Positions 1 to 12,867 of a DNA stretch of 64,000 nt are shown piece by piece. Numbering within the stretch: position 1 is the stretch's first letter; each line of letters starts with the position of its first letter. The notes under the pieces were generated by a model. It worked only from the letters and a program-made list of their open reading frames with translations. It was not told the DNA's origin and ran no database searches. Origin of the DNA: Callorhinchus milii (Eukaryota). The position numbers were made by a program, and so were the translations under genes. The DNA lies in contig NW_024704753.1 in the NCBI RefSeq assembly GCF_018977255.1, positions 4,526,001-4,590,000 on the forward strand, written 5' to 3'.

Positions 1-1024
1 ACTGAAGCACAATAACAGGCAATTTCGACACTCTTTTCCTCAGAATCTCAGCGGTCTACAAAAACAGTTGCCCGTCATGTGAAAAATATATGTGGATTTC
101 AATTAATTAGATGGACGGAAGAACATCGAGTGATTAAGCCATTTATCATAATACATTTTTTTCAGAACCTCGCTGAAACACCTCTAATTCCGATCGTGCT
201 GCTGACTTTAATATATTTAATTAAAAAATAATAAAAGCAGTGTTTGAAATATGAATAGTTTTCCTTGGGTTAGCTGCAAAGTCTCTTCCGTTAAATCGAA
301 ATTCTGTTGCACAATATAATCTGCCATAATGCAGAACACCTTAATAGTCATTGTAAACACCTACACATGGCAGGAGGTTATTATCTGGAAATCTTTCCCA
401 TCATCTAAAGCTATTGGTGTACCTTCCTTTGTAGTTCTCTGCTGAATAGTGCATTGTGGTGAGCATTGGAAAAAAGAAACTGTCTGTAGCATTCAGAAGA
501 GAATGGGAATACAGTACGAACAGCATTAGATCAGAATCTTGTTTTGAACGCTTTGTTGATTACACTTCAAAAGCAGTATATACAGCTCTCCCAGCAGTAT
601 ATACGCTGTTACTTGAGTGTAGATTTTTACATCAATCCTATGCAAGTAAATCATAATGAGTGCCACTATACATTAATGTCATATAAAAAATGAGTGCTAA
701 TGATCTGGATAGGGTGGGGAGTTAATCTAAATGAAGAATCAACTCCTACAGAGTTTATAAAATGTATTTGCCTCAAAGAAATCTGTGATCCTAACAATAA
801 CACGCATCTTAAATTCCAGCTTACTTCATCTGACAACTATTACGTTTTATTTCGAGAACAGATCTTTGTGCAAAGAATCCCAGTCTTAGTTTATGTAATT
901 CGCCTACAAAATACTGCAGTGCATATGCTATGCTGAATATTATTACAGTGAAATGCCAACAATTGAAGAACTTATAAACAGTGTTTTATATTGCGATATA
1001 TTTTCTGAATGTGAGAAAGATTAA

Positions 1025-1075
1025 GTGTGTGAGAGAGAATTACAGAGAGAGAGAGAGAATGAGAGAATGAGAGAA
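1025..1075. repeat. (GA)n-rich microsatellite
   Basis: Interrupted GAGAGA runs. Confidence 0.8.
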
Positions 1076-2413
1076 CAAAAGACAACAAACTGGAACAGAT
1101 TTTACAAAGTGGTAACCTTTAGAGTCTCTGAACCCCAATACGAGATTTAAAATAGGACATCACTCAACTAATATATACCACACTGCGAGATTCCTAGTGA
1201 ATCACAGTATGTCCCCTGACAGCCTGTGTACTTATTCCGTGTCATTTTTTGGAGACATAATAATAATTCCGACACATAATGTAATAAAATTCTTTTTTTT
1301 TACGTTTTACGAGTCTCCATTAAAATATAGGCAAATATAATTCAAACTTCAATATTCATTTTGCGTATTTTTATTGAAAGGACAGACACTGTGAGGTGTC
1401 ATTAATGTAAAAGAAAGTTTACTCTTTGCTTGTTTGAAATTGCCCCCGTTTAATGCATTCATTTGCAGTAATTCCATTTTCTTATTTATTACTGGAACAT
1501 TGGAATTAATGACTTCATTTTGTACCTTTTTAATATTGTTTCGTAATAGGAATCCGCTCACTGTTAACAGCCTCCACTACAGCCTGTCTCAGTTAGGTTC
1601 ATTAGGTGCTAATTGAATGAAGTACCTCAATATTTAATTTCAGACTTAAAGAACATCGCTCTCAAGTATTTGATCAGTTTATTTAGCAGTATATTTGACT
1701 ATGTATGGTGTTCTCTAGGTTGGTTCAGGGAATAGGGATCATAACTTCTTATGGATGTGTACTAATTAATAAAGAAGCAATCTGTGCAGATGAAGAAATC
1801 TTAGGAGATTCAATGCCTTAGGGTATGTGTTATGCAACATGCAGATGAATAGGGCATAGAGAGAGCACTAACCTAATTGACACTGCTGGTGGTATGGAGT
1901 CAGCCATTGAAAGGAATTGGTCAAAATATCCAACACAATATAAGTGCCCAAGATTTACAGAGCGCACAGCTTACCATATCAACCTGCACCACAGCATCCA
2001 TGTCATGAACACTATTCTGTAGATGATATAAAAAGCATATTCAATGCCAACACATACACTTATGCCATGTTTGACAAAGGTGTCCATTTGCCAAGCTACA
2101 TTAAGCCATTTAGACCAAGATTCTTGACCCAAGTGTGGCATTAAAACATGCCCTGAATATCTAGTAATAAATCAAATTATTCTAGATTTTGCTGAATCGT
2201 GAAATAAAATGCACTACATCTATTCAGACTAGAATCCTATAAATACTATTGTGCAATGCCTCCAATGTTCTGGATATTGCAAACTTTTGCAATGTCAAGG
2301 TTATATTCCTACAAAGAACTCTCTTTTAAGGGTGCAAACTAGACTTTTCTCATCCTAGTAAATAGTCAGATCTGATATTACCAGTAAGGTACAAATAATA
2401 ACATCTTTGCATA

Positions 2414-2602
2414 TAATAATAATAATCCTTGCAGTTGATAGAGCGCCTTATCACATCTTTGAGATGTCTCAAAGCGGTTCGCAGAGTATACTGTAAAGTG
2501 AATTGACTGTATATTTTGTGGGTGAAACGCGGCAGCCAATTGCGCACAGCAGCGTCCCACAAACAGTCGTGGATTGAAGTGACCAATTTATTATTTTTTT
2601 TT
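2414..2602 (-). mobile_element. 3' half of young tRNA-derived Deu-type SINE
   Basis: Reverse complement matches the body and (TTA)n tail of the copy at 37503-37840. Confidence 0.9.
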
Positions 2603-2639
2603 GGCCAAACTCTGAGTTTGAGGTAGGATTAATCGAGAA

Positions 2640-3600
2640 TTGGAACAACCAAATACAATGATCACGTCGGGAAGTGAAAATGTGTAACGATACATTGAAG
2701 GCACACGGAAAACAACCTACTTCTGAGTGGAAGGAATAAAATGAACATGGCCAAGGTTATAGTGACTAAGCAGAGGTCTAAAAGTCTAACTAAGCAGAAA
2801 TATTTCAAAATGTTTAAGGCACGAAATGACTATTAGGACTGAAAGTCATCCAAAAATGAATAAAGAATAACTAAAAATAGCTTTTGAAGTGATGGGAGAG
2901 AAGAGGTAAGATGTCAGATTGGGGGGTGGCAGCAGGAAGAATCAAAGCACATGTTTTTAGTGTGTGTAAAGCAGATAAAGTGACAAAGACAGGTTGGGCC
3001 CCTTATAGAGATAGATCAGGAAGAACCACCAGGAGAGAAATCAGGACCAGCAGATGCATTCAATGAGCATCTCACATCAAAGGGACAAACGGTCTCAGGA
3101 ATGTACAGCAATATGTAGAGGTCAGTAAAGCATGCGTTTTGAAGGAACTCAACAAGTTCAGTGTTTACAAGACACCTGGACCAGATGGCATAAGTCCTGG
3201 AACGCATGAGGAAATGATCAGGTTATCTGCGGGAATGGTTCATATTTTTTAAGGAGATGAATCCATGAATACAGATGCTATATCAGAGGACTGGAACATA
3301 AAGAAAGTTCTCGTGTTCGAACACAGGAATGTGGCATGAATCAGGGAACGATATTTACCTTTGTTCAGTGAGGAAAATGATTCAGGGCATTTTATGAGAG
3401 GTTGTCACTGAGCATTTAAAGAGCCGAGAGGAAAGAGAATAGGAGGTTGGTCAGCAAGGTCAATATTTCAGAAACTCACCAAACCTTGCTATGTGATACC
3501 TAATGAAACCCCACTGAAAGGAGCTTGAGTATTGCAGGAAGATTATAAGATGTGGCCAGAGTAATGATCTGTACGGTTTTGTTGGTTGCAAAACAAAAAC
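2640..3600 (+). mobile_element. Highly decayed CR1-like LINE ORF2 relic
   Basis: acacctggaccagatggcata (~3173-3193) reads TPGPDGI, the pre-RT motif. Purine-rich strand with many stops. Boundaries are approximate. Confidence 0.55.
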
Positions 3601-5359
3601 GACAACCTCTAGAACTATTGGAATTGACAGCACAGAAGAAGTCCATTCGGCCGATCGTATCTGTGCTGTGCTATCCTTTCAGTTCCGTTTACCTGCCCTC
3701 TCCCCATACCGTGGCCAACTTAATGTATCGGAGTATTTCACATTACTGGGTCTGACCATGGAGCTGACCTTCAGCTCAATGGGCGCTCACTCAGTTGGGT
3801 TTAGGATGTCTCTGTGCTACCAGTGCGGAGATGTGACCAGTGAAGGAAGAATAAACACTGACAGAACACGAGCTGACGACGAGAGCGAGCACATTGCTAC
3901 TGACTGTCGTCCCTGCCTCAGGGACAATAAACCCTCCTGCCCTCTTATTAGTAAGCAATTGGCTCCTGTTGTCACTTCAAATGATGTGTAGGTTTCAATT
4001 TGACAGCGCCATATGCATGATGTTGACCAGAGAACTCGTCTCCTGCCTGAGGGGCCTGAGAGCAAACCATACTGCGTTTTACACTGTAGCCAGGTGGTCG
4101 TTGAGCAGTCACACAGTGTGCATGATACGCTATACGTCTTTTCACCCTCTAAGTGAAGCCATTTCTCATGTCAACAAAATCCAAGGCTGATGAAGGGAAC
4201 AATCATGCAATGCAGATTGTTTACAAGCCGCTGGTCCAGTCCGAAGCGGGTCGTAAACCAATCTCCAGTAGCTGTTACACTAACCTACACACCAGATGGC
4301 ATTCCAGCTCCCACGTCAATACACTAAAGTACAGTGGACTGAATTCTTGTCAAGTAGATTTCTTTACAGGAAATCCAGCACACCATGCAAGTTGTAAATG
4401 CCTGCCTGAGTCACGAGTTGCACATGGGCAAAGACTGTTGGGAGGTGGCTGTTTTGAAATGTGTTTTGCACTTTAAAGACCTGGAGGTCTCACATTGCTG
4501 GTTGGGATATCTTCTTTCTGTAACGGTTTAAGGTTTGCAGTTCAATAGCATCTCCTTCTTGACTAACTCAGGGAGCCATTTTCAACATAATCTTAACTAA
4601 GACATCACATTCAACTGCTCAGTAATCCTTCCCAAGCTTTTGTGGGTTGGAATTCACACTAGTCTCATTGACAGCTGCAGATCCACTGAATGTACCTTTT
4701 TTAATTCTTCTCGTTAAGTCTGTTTAATTACGGTCGCCTACAAAATATGCAGTCACTACAATTTACAGTAAATCCTGCAAAGCATTATTATTGAAACCAG
4801 GTTCTGATTTGATACCTTTGTTTATCACTAGCAGTGAATTGCCTTGCATGAATGTGTACTCACACTTCAATGACCCGATACACTATTTGTGGGTGTTTGC
4901 TGCCAAAAGTAACTTGTTGTTCCTACACAGGGTGAGAGACTATCAGAAATAATGCTCTCACTGTGCACACACAGAAAAATAAAGTCAAACCTTTAAAAAT
5001 GCTGAAAGGTATGAATCATATGGAGATAATTATTTAAGTTAATCTGCCGCTACAGAAATTGAGAACACAAGTGCAAAATTGGCAAGCTTTAACAAAGACA
5101 AGCGACTGGAGGAATATTTTATTTCCCCTTCCCCCAATCCCTCCCCACCCCAAGCGTACTGTGGAATAGAAACTCATTAAAAGAAATTAATGCAATATTG
5201 ATTAACTTCTTTCAGAAGGAGCTGGAGAAGTATCTGGTTACAAATGGAATTCAAATTTATAAGGATAAGACAGACAATAAAATACCTTATTGAACATTAT
5301 GATTCAGGTTCTGTTGGGACATAAGAACATTATCTGTGAAATGCAAAAGTTAGGATTAA

Positions 5360-5610
5360 GCAGTATTGGCTGTAACATTATCCTGGTATTATGCCACAAG
5401 AAAACACACAATCACTGCACTTTACAGCATATACCATGATAATAATAATAATAATCCTTGCGTTTTTACAGAGCCTTACCACGTTGTTGAGACGTCTCAA
5501 AGTGCTTCACAGAATATACTGTAAAGTGGATTGACTGTATATTTTGTGGGCGAAACTTATTTTGAGATGTACTGCTGATGTGAAAGGCAAATATAAGAAA
5601 TATAATCACT
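5360..5610. mobile_element. Nested SINEs: minus-strand young tail (5439-5556) inside an older plus-strand tail
   Basis: The older tail breaks after cactttacagcat and resumes at tttgagatgtactgctgatgtgaaaggc. Confidence 0.7.
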
Positions 5611-6104
5611 ATCCTGATCTATTTGTTTAGCTACTTTTGGAGAATAGTGAGAAATTGCACAGAGCTTCAGGTTATTGTAAAATGATCCTGTTGGCGTTCA
5701 CCTCTTTGAATATCCCATGTATTTTGCAGTGAATCCATGGCTGGCCACATTATACACAAAAGGACTTCTCTAGATTTAGCCATATAGCCTTTTCCTACTC
5801 CAAATATTTCCAATATTCTAACAATGAATGGCACTAGTCACAAGTCTGATCTCCCATTCCCACTGCCTTCCAATGTAACATTTTCACTCCTCTTTACAAC
5901 TTATCCTGTGAAGCACTCTTGAACTTCCTCCCGACTTGAAAGGCGTTGTACTAAATTATTATTGTTAATATTATTAGTGCTGGACACAAAAATCTGCCAA
6001 TGATTTTACTTTAATAAGTGAATTCATGAAAGCCTGCAAGGCCCATCAATCCTGCTCCATTCTCAGACGCGACAGAATAGATAAAAATTAAATCCTTTGT
6101 TACG

Positions 6105-6365
6105 GGAATCCAGAACAAGAGAGCAAAATATGAGCTAAATATTTTCACACACAGAGTTGTGGAAATGTGGATTTCCCAATCCCAAAAGTTGTAGATTTCA
6201 GGTCAATTGAAATATTTAAGAGGAAGGTAGATGTACATTTAGTAGCTAAAGTTATCAAGGAATAAGGGTGAAAGAACGGAGAAATGGGGTTAAATTGCAG
6301 AGCAGCTTTGATCTAATAAAATGGCAGAGCAGGCCTGATGGGTCGACTCCTGCTCCTATCTTTTT
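6105..6365 (+). mobile_element. Decayed CR1 3' end
   Basis: ttttcacacacagagttgtggaaatgtgg ... gactcctgctcctat is typical of the CR1 ORF2 C-terminus and 3' UTR. Confidence 0.65.
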
Positions 6366-6756
6366 ATGCTCTTAAATACTCTCATATGTTGCATTCATTT
6401 TCCTGTAGGCGATTTGAAACTCGCTGATCCCAAAGAGGTAATCAAACGAAACGCCACAAGATTGCCCGCAAATAAAAGACAATCAGCACTTGTTGATCCA
6501 CAGTGGAACAGCGTCAGGTTTGGTTTTGGAAATCCTAAATTAGAAAAAAAGGAGATTTATTAAAACAAATGTTAGGTGTGGGTTTATTTTACAGTCATAA
6601 TTAGGGAGCATTCCTGCTAAGTAGCAGAGCAGGAAAATGGATGATTTGTAGTGAAAACATTTAATAATTGTACAGACGGTTGGCCTTTCTGAGTGACTTA
6701 AATGTAACACCATCACAGCAATTTGAATTAGGAAGAACTTCTGCAAATTTACTCAC

Positions 6757-6826
6757 CTTGACAGGCGACTGAGGGATTATGCAGATCGGTGCAAATAGAA
6801 ATCTAACAGATTGTCAACAGCTATTC
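6757..6826 (-). other. Candidate 70-nt exon (non-coding or stop-containing)
   Basis: Acceptor tttgcatttgttattttacag|G and donor AAG|gtgagt. All three frames contain a stop. Confidence 0.3.
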
Positions 6827-9452
6827 CTGTAAAATAACAAATGCAAATCAGTTACGTCAGATATGAAGGTATTTCTGTTTGAAAGGAAGTCAGACACTCA
6901 TTCTCTGACAAAATGTGCGGAAAATGTCCAGCGATCATAAACATCAACTTTGAAAACAATAACCCTGGGTTCAAATTCAGTAGGGATTTTGTTATATAGA
7001 ATTTCCACCTTCATTCATTTATTTTCCGAAACATGGCTTTAAAGTCTTTCTACATTTTTAGAAACAGTTGTTTGTGCACATTTTGCCTTTTTGGCCAGCC
7101 GGGGTGCCTGACGCACTTGATAACCCATTGCCATTGCTGTGTGTAAATCCATTGCCTTGTTCGTGTACGAAATACACAATCACTGCACTTTACAATAAAT
7201 CCTGTGAACCGCTTTGAGACATCCTCTGTGTAAGGTGCAATATCAATTGCAAGAATGTTTTTTATTATTATTATTTATAGAATCTTTAACATCCACTTCA
7301 CCATCAAGGCTATATTCCCCAAAAGATTAAGGCATCTTCTTTAAATGCCAGTAACTTGCAATTTTGACTTTTTCTTCTTCTGTGTCAATACCATATATCT
7401 TTTCCTGAGTTTATCATATTCCAACTTGACCTATATTTATCACAACTAACTCTCCGACTCTCCTCCCCGAGCCTTATTGTCTCTGTGAAGGGCTTCAAGA
7501 TATTCATACCACATTAAAAGCGCTATACTGTATAAGCGCAAGTCGTTGTTGCATCTCGATCGAGATTATTTCGAAAATTTGGAAAACGATCAAAGGTTTA
7601 TTCAATATGAGAAGAATAGGAGGCACAATAAACTTATTGCGGCTACAAAATCTAAAAAAGAAGCAAGCAGATAAGATGAACTCGAGCGGAGACGGGAAGA
7701 TTTAGACCAATTGCATGTATTATACATGTTCCACGAAATTTAGATTTTGCACGGGTTTTCAGCTCGTAATGCAAAATTTGAATGTTAATATAAACTACTT
7801 CAAGTATGAAGATAAGGTGGTGAAAGATACTATTAAATCAGCTCTGAAAATAATGCTTATATGTAAGGTCACCTTTTAAATCACAAATAAATGTTAATAA
7901 GCGGTGTTCATTTTTCATCATCTGCTGCTCTCTCACCTGCTCAAAGACAGATCTTGTTAGAATTATTGGACCTTGACAGATTTTCTGCTAACTTTATAAG
8001 CTCGCATTTTCACCACATTGGCCCTATGTTAAGAATGTTAACAGTATCCCGACCCAGAGTACGAAGAAACTTTCACTGCCATTGGATGGAGCTGAGAGTA
8101 TCAAGGATACTTTGATGTGTTATAGCTGCTTGAGTAATGTTAATGCTTAAAAATTTGCACAATATATTGATGGGACGTTTGAAAAAGAGTCACCTAATCT
8201 CCTGGGTCCTCATACATGCTGATATGATCAAGTCAAGAAAGAAAGATGCACGTCATTTACTTTTTCAGATATTGCAATAGATTTTAAGCGAATAACTGGT
8301 TTTACTACACACAGAGTGTCCATGTGATGGTGCAAACTGTGTGCTGAATGTTGTAACGAGCTGTGCTGATGTACCCAATGACCTATTCTCGTTCAATACT
8401 CAAATGGTCATGCTTTCCCTTGGCCATGGCTGCTTCCTTGAGGCCAAAAGAGCTGCAGACATGTAGTGAAAAAGGTTTAATGTGCAATTTATAGAGAAGT
8501 CACATGTCGTTTATTGGCAGGATAAGTGTTGTTTATTAGTTCACAATCAACGAATCTTAAAAGACTCATCAGAATCTTATTTTCTCTCACTCTGTGCGGA
8601 GACACCTGTCAGCAGTGTCCCATCCTCTTTTTTATTTATTCTGGCTTCGAAAAGCACTGCCAATGGCAGTTTTGCACCACCCCTATCAAGGGAATACAAG
8701 GCAGGAAGTGAAAGCAGAAACTCGGCATGTGTACCGATTATGTGCTTCTGCTCATTTCCTATTCCAAGTAATCCCTCCCTGCCCTTTTCGACCTCATCAA
8801 CTGGCTTGACTCATTTTTAGTTTGCGATATTAACTGCAGCACGTCTGAGGCACACCTCTTTTCGTGTTAAACAGCGTCTTTTTAACCATTAAAGACAAGA
8901 GACAATAGGATAAAACTGCATTGATTTGGATTCTATTTCAATCTGAAATCTCTTTTGTATCAATATTAATGCACTACTTTTTCAATAATAGTTTGAAACG
9001 AAAGTGGCTGCAGTGCTATTTTCCACAATAGATAGACCCAAATGCATCCCCCACTGTGTAATATCAGGCTCAATTCAGATTAACCCATAAATTTGGGGCA
9101 AATGAAAGACTCATTGAAATGCTACTTTAATTCATTGCAAAGTTTTAATTGTGTGCACAGACCATTCAAACAGTTGGTACATTTACTACTGAAACGTTTA
9201 TTTACAACTTCAAACACTAATGTCGCGGTTGGAACGCTGGTCAATGTTGGCCATTGTCGATAGGGTTTGTCTCGAGCCGACTGAAAGCACCAACTAAAGT
9301 TTAAAATGTTTTACCGTGAAATGACATGAGGACAAAAGGAGTTCTAACGCACTTTAAGTGTTTGGAAGTGACTGCCACTTTGTTTAGAAACCCACAAGCA
9401 ACTAAAATTCCCTCGATTTTTGCATATCGTTTCTTGTCATTGAAATATTAGG

Positions 9453-9713
9453 TGGCAGCTTGGCTCAGTTGGGAGCCTTTGAGTTCGAAGGTTGTGGGTT
9501 TGTGGGCTCAAGACCCATGTGGCTGCTTCAAACTCACAGCGTAGGCTAAGACTCTAGAACAGTGCTGGGCGGGGGTAGCGGGAAGATGCTGTGTTTGCCT
9601 ACAAATATGTAACTGCTACTATGCGAAGATTATACACATAAGCTCTGTGAAACACTGTGAGACATCTCGACATGACGAGACACCAAATCAAGTTCAAGGA
9701 ATATTATTATTAA
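9453..9713 (+). mobile_element. Old tRNA-headed Deu-type SINE, internally deleted
   Basis: Head cagcttggctcagttgg...gaaggttgtgggtt and an L2-like tail ending in (TTA)n. Confidence 0.7.
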
Positions 9714-10304
9714 TACCCTTTGGGTGTCACTAACCATTCTTGGAGAGCTGTGATGGTTTGTCCAATGGAAAATCCACCAGTCACCTTACATGAGAAAGCA
9801 CACTCGGTGCATTAGCACAGAATTATTTGGATGAAACGTTGAAAACTAGAGGGCAGCAATCTGAATAGAGGCAGTGTAGAAATATAGCAGAAAGGAACAT
9901 GCCAGTTTATTCTGTACATGATTTCACCATCCCAGACACTTCTTTTGAAATTAAAGTACTTGGCAAAAATTTACTGCTACAGAGTGCAGTTTATTCATTT
10001 GGGAATTGTGTGAAACAGATATGTATTCTTAGTAACAAATGCACTCCATGCTCTGCAAATGAGATGCACACCAAGCTAAGGACTGAACAGGAAAAAATGT
10101 TCAATGGAAGAGGCGGAAGATGAGAAATCTGAAGCAAAGAAATTGAACTAAAAGAGAAGATGGTGAATATCAAAGTAAAAAGGCAGACAGGAATTTAAAA
10201 ATAAAGCTCTTGGACTAAGCTTCCAAAGAATTATATCTCATGACTCCGAGCTAGTCTACAAGGTGCAATAGCAACTGATTTTCTTTCAAAATATCACCAA
10301 TTCT

Positions 10305-10485
10305 CACTGTGTCACTGAGTTTATTCATTGAACATGTAAGGTACAGACCTGAAAGATCCCAGGCTTGATTCTTCAGCCAATCTCAGTTGTGTTAATGAAC
10401 GTCACGAATGGTTTTAGGGACCTCTGGGTTTAGTGATGAAGGGGGAGAAAAGGCCAGAGTTTCTGATTCTGATCACTATCCCCTT
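10305..10485 (+). mobile_element. Ancient SINE-like repeat (MER131-like from memory)
   Basis: tacagacctgaaagatcccaggcttgat...ctgatcactatcc. Related to 54070-54260 and the reverse complement of 28480-28682. Confidence 0.5.
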
Positions 10486-10692
10486 AATACTGCTGGAGCT
10501 ACGTGTCAGAGGATATCAGATGAGTTGCAGGATTGGGCTCAGCTGTGTGGCCACCTCTGGTCAGGCAATCTGCCAAAACACCTTGTCAAGGCTCACACGT
10601 GAACAGATGATCAGTCAGACTGGTGAAGTACCTGATCACCTGGCACTTGTGAGTTACTGTACCACTGTAACCAGATATCACGTAACCCAAGT

Positions 10693-11005
10693 ACAACAAC
10701 AACAACGTGCATTTATATCGTGCCTCACGCAGGGTAGTGTCCCAGAGGGCTTGGCAGTGGCAGAGCATGACTCCAAGCTGGGGGGGAGGGGGAGGTAGGC
10801 ACGGTCGAATAAAAAAGTCTTCAGGCAGGATCTGAAAATGGGGAAGGAAGGGGTAGGGTGGAAGGATAGAGAAAGAGTGTTCCAGAGTTTCAGGGCACAG
10901 TGACTGAAGGCGCAGCCACCGATGGTGGAACGGAGGGCACGGGGACATGCAGAAGGCCGGAGTCAGTCGAGCAGAGGCAGCAGGTTGATGTTTGGTGGGG
11001 TAACC
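10693..11005 (-). mobile_element. L2 LINE 3' fragment
   Basis: (TTG)n tail on the minus strand. Collinear with the 3' end of the L2 at 12868-13200. Confidence 0.8.
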
Positions 11006-12098
11006 CAGGTACCACTGTAATCCAAGAGAATTGGGGTGATGAGGGGAGGAGTTAAGATGTACAAGAAAGAGAGGAGATACTTGGTGTGTGTATGACAAAA
11101 AAAGAAATATAATTGAATCTGTAGGACATCCCGGAAATAACTTGTCTGGAAACCACACCTCTACATCATACTAGAAGGTGACAACTAATGTTAAGAAGAT
11201 ACCCAAGACTATTAATATTTAATCTGCTGATTTAAGGTTACTCAGTGTAACCTTGCATCGTTTTGGGAGATTATCTCTCTCAAAAAAAAAGATTTCACTT
11301 CCTGGCAATTCAGGAGGAACTAGAAAGACAATAATAAATCCTAATCCTTGCATTTGATGCAGCGCCTTTCACGCTGGGCAGAATACAGCAAAGCACGTCA
11401 CAGGCTAGTCTTCTTCATATAGGTTTATAAATGACTCCTTGAAGGAGTTTTTCTTGGAAGGTACAACTGACAGATCCTAAAAAAAACGAGTGCCGTTCTT
11501 CCTGGAAAGCCGCCAGAAAGGAAGAAATCTAAAACCAAAGGGGGATTTGGTAGTTAGATATCAATTTTAAAGTGGAGGTCAATTCTCTGCAGTAGGAAAG
11601 CCAGGTTTAACATTAAGAAAAAGCGAGGTAAGAGAAGCACAGGTGTGCATTAATCCACAGAACAGCAATGTAATAAACTAATCTGTTAATTGTCTTCTTC
11701 ACGCAGTGCTTTGTTATAATGACTCGGTTTGAACATGAGACAATAATCCTCTCGCCACAGAGAGACTCTAACCCGCAGATGCTATACCTGACAGCCCAAT
11801 CGTTTGCTATCGATCACAATCCTCACCTCTCCTTGTAGGACAATATTCTTTTCAGTTAAATCCTTCTACCTGATACTTAAGCACCTCATTGTAAATCTTC
11901 ATCACAAGGCTTGATTATGCTACTTAGTTGTAAAGAGTTAGTTTATTATCACAGGCAAGCAGATTGTCTCTGGCCATACCTTTAGCAGTCTATTAGAACG
12001 TTATAGGGTATCGTCACTTTCCAATATTCAATTCTGGTGAATGACCAGTGCTTTAGTCACATTCACTGATACTGGATATATTCAAGCTTCAACTTTGT

Positions 12099-12430
12099 GT
12101 GATATCTGGGTTTGATTCCTGGCAGGTGAAATGTTGGGCACGTTTCCTTACTCCACAAGTCTCTGTTTACCTAGCAGTAAGTAGGAACCCGGTTGTTAGT
12201 CGATTGGCAGATCGCTTTTTAATAAATAATCCCTTCAAAAAAATAACAATAAATTGGTCACTCAATCCACGACTGTTTGTGGGACACTGCTGTGCGCAAT
12301 TGGTTGGCACGTTTCCTCCACAAAATATGCAGTCACTCCACTTTACGGTATATTCTGTGAAGCGCTTTGATACGTCTGGAAGATGTAATAAGGAGCTATA
12401 TGAAATGCAGGGATTATTATTATTATTATA
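12099..12430 (+). mobile_element. Young SINE, long variant, 5'-truncated
   Basis: B-box remnant, extra segment ctctgtttacctagcagtaagtaggaacccgg, body and (TTA)n tail. Confidence 0.9.
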
Positions 12431-12464
12431 CACTGAAATAAGATGCATGAATGAATGACTTAAA

Positions 12465-12682
12465 ACCGTGGTTGAAGCAGAATCTATATTATCTGTTGAG
12501 AGGGAATTAGGTAAATATTGGAAATGGAGAAATCTAAAAAGGTGTGTGTGTGTATGTGTGTGAGGAGAGGGCAGGGAGAGAAGATGGAAAGGCAGGAAAC
12601 AGGACTATAAGCCGATAACTTTTGAGAGGCCGGAAGTGCGATGGGCCGAACAGCCTCCTTCTGTGCTGTAAATTTCTGTGTT
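12465..12682 (+). mobile_element. CR1 3' end fragment
   Basis: gatgggccgaacagcctccttctgtgctgtaaatttctgtg matches the CR1 terminus at 35500-35553. Confidence 0.75.
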
Positions 12683-12867
12683 TTCTACGGTACTAATGGG
12701 AACATGGTCAACAGAAGATTTATTTGTGCAGGGAAAACCCAAGGCAAGAGTGAGCTCATTCCAAGACGAACTGAATAAAAGCTACCACAGACAAGTTCAC
12801 ACACTTGATGTTCTTTGTTGTAGGCAGCTGACAAGAGCTATCATTTGGAATGTTTCAATTTTACAGC

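Noticed and set aside
4180-4260. Hammerhead ribozyme core (CTGATGA)
   Set aside because: No matching GAAA with stems I-III could be formed.
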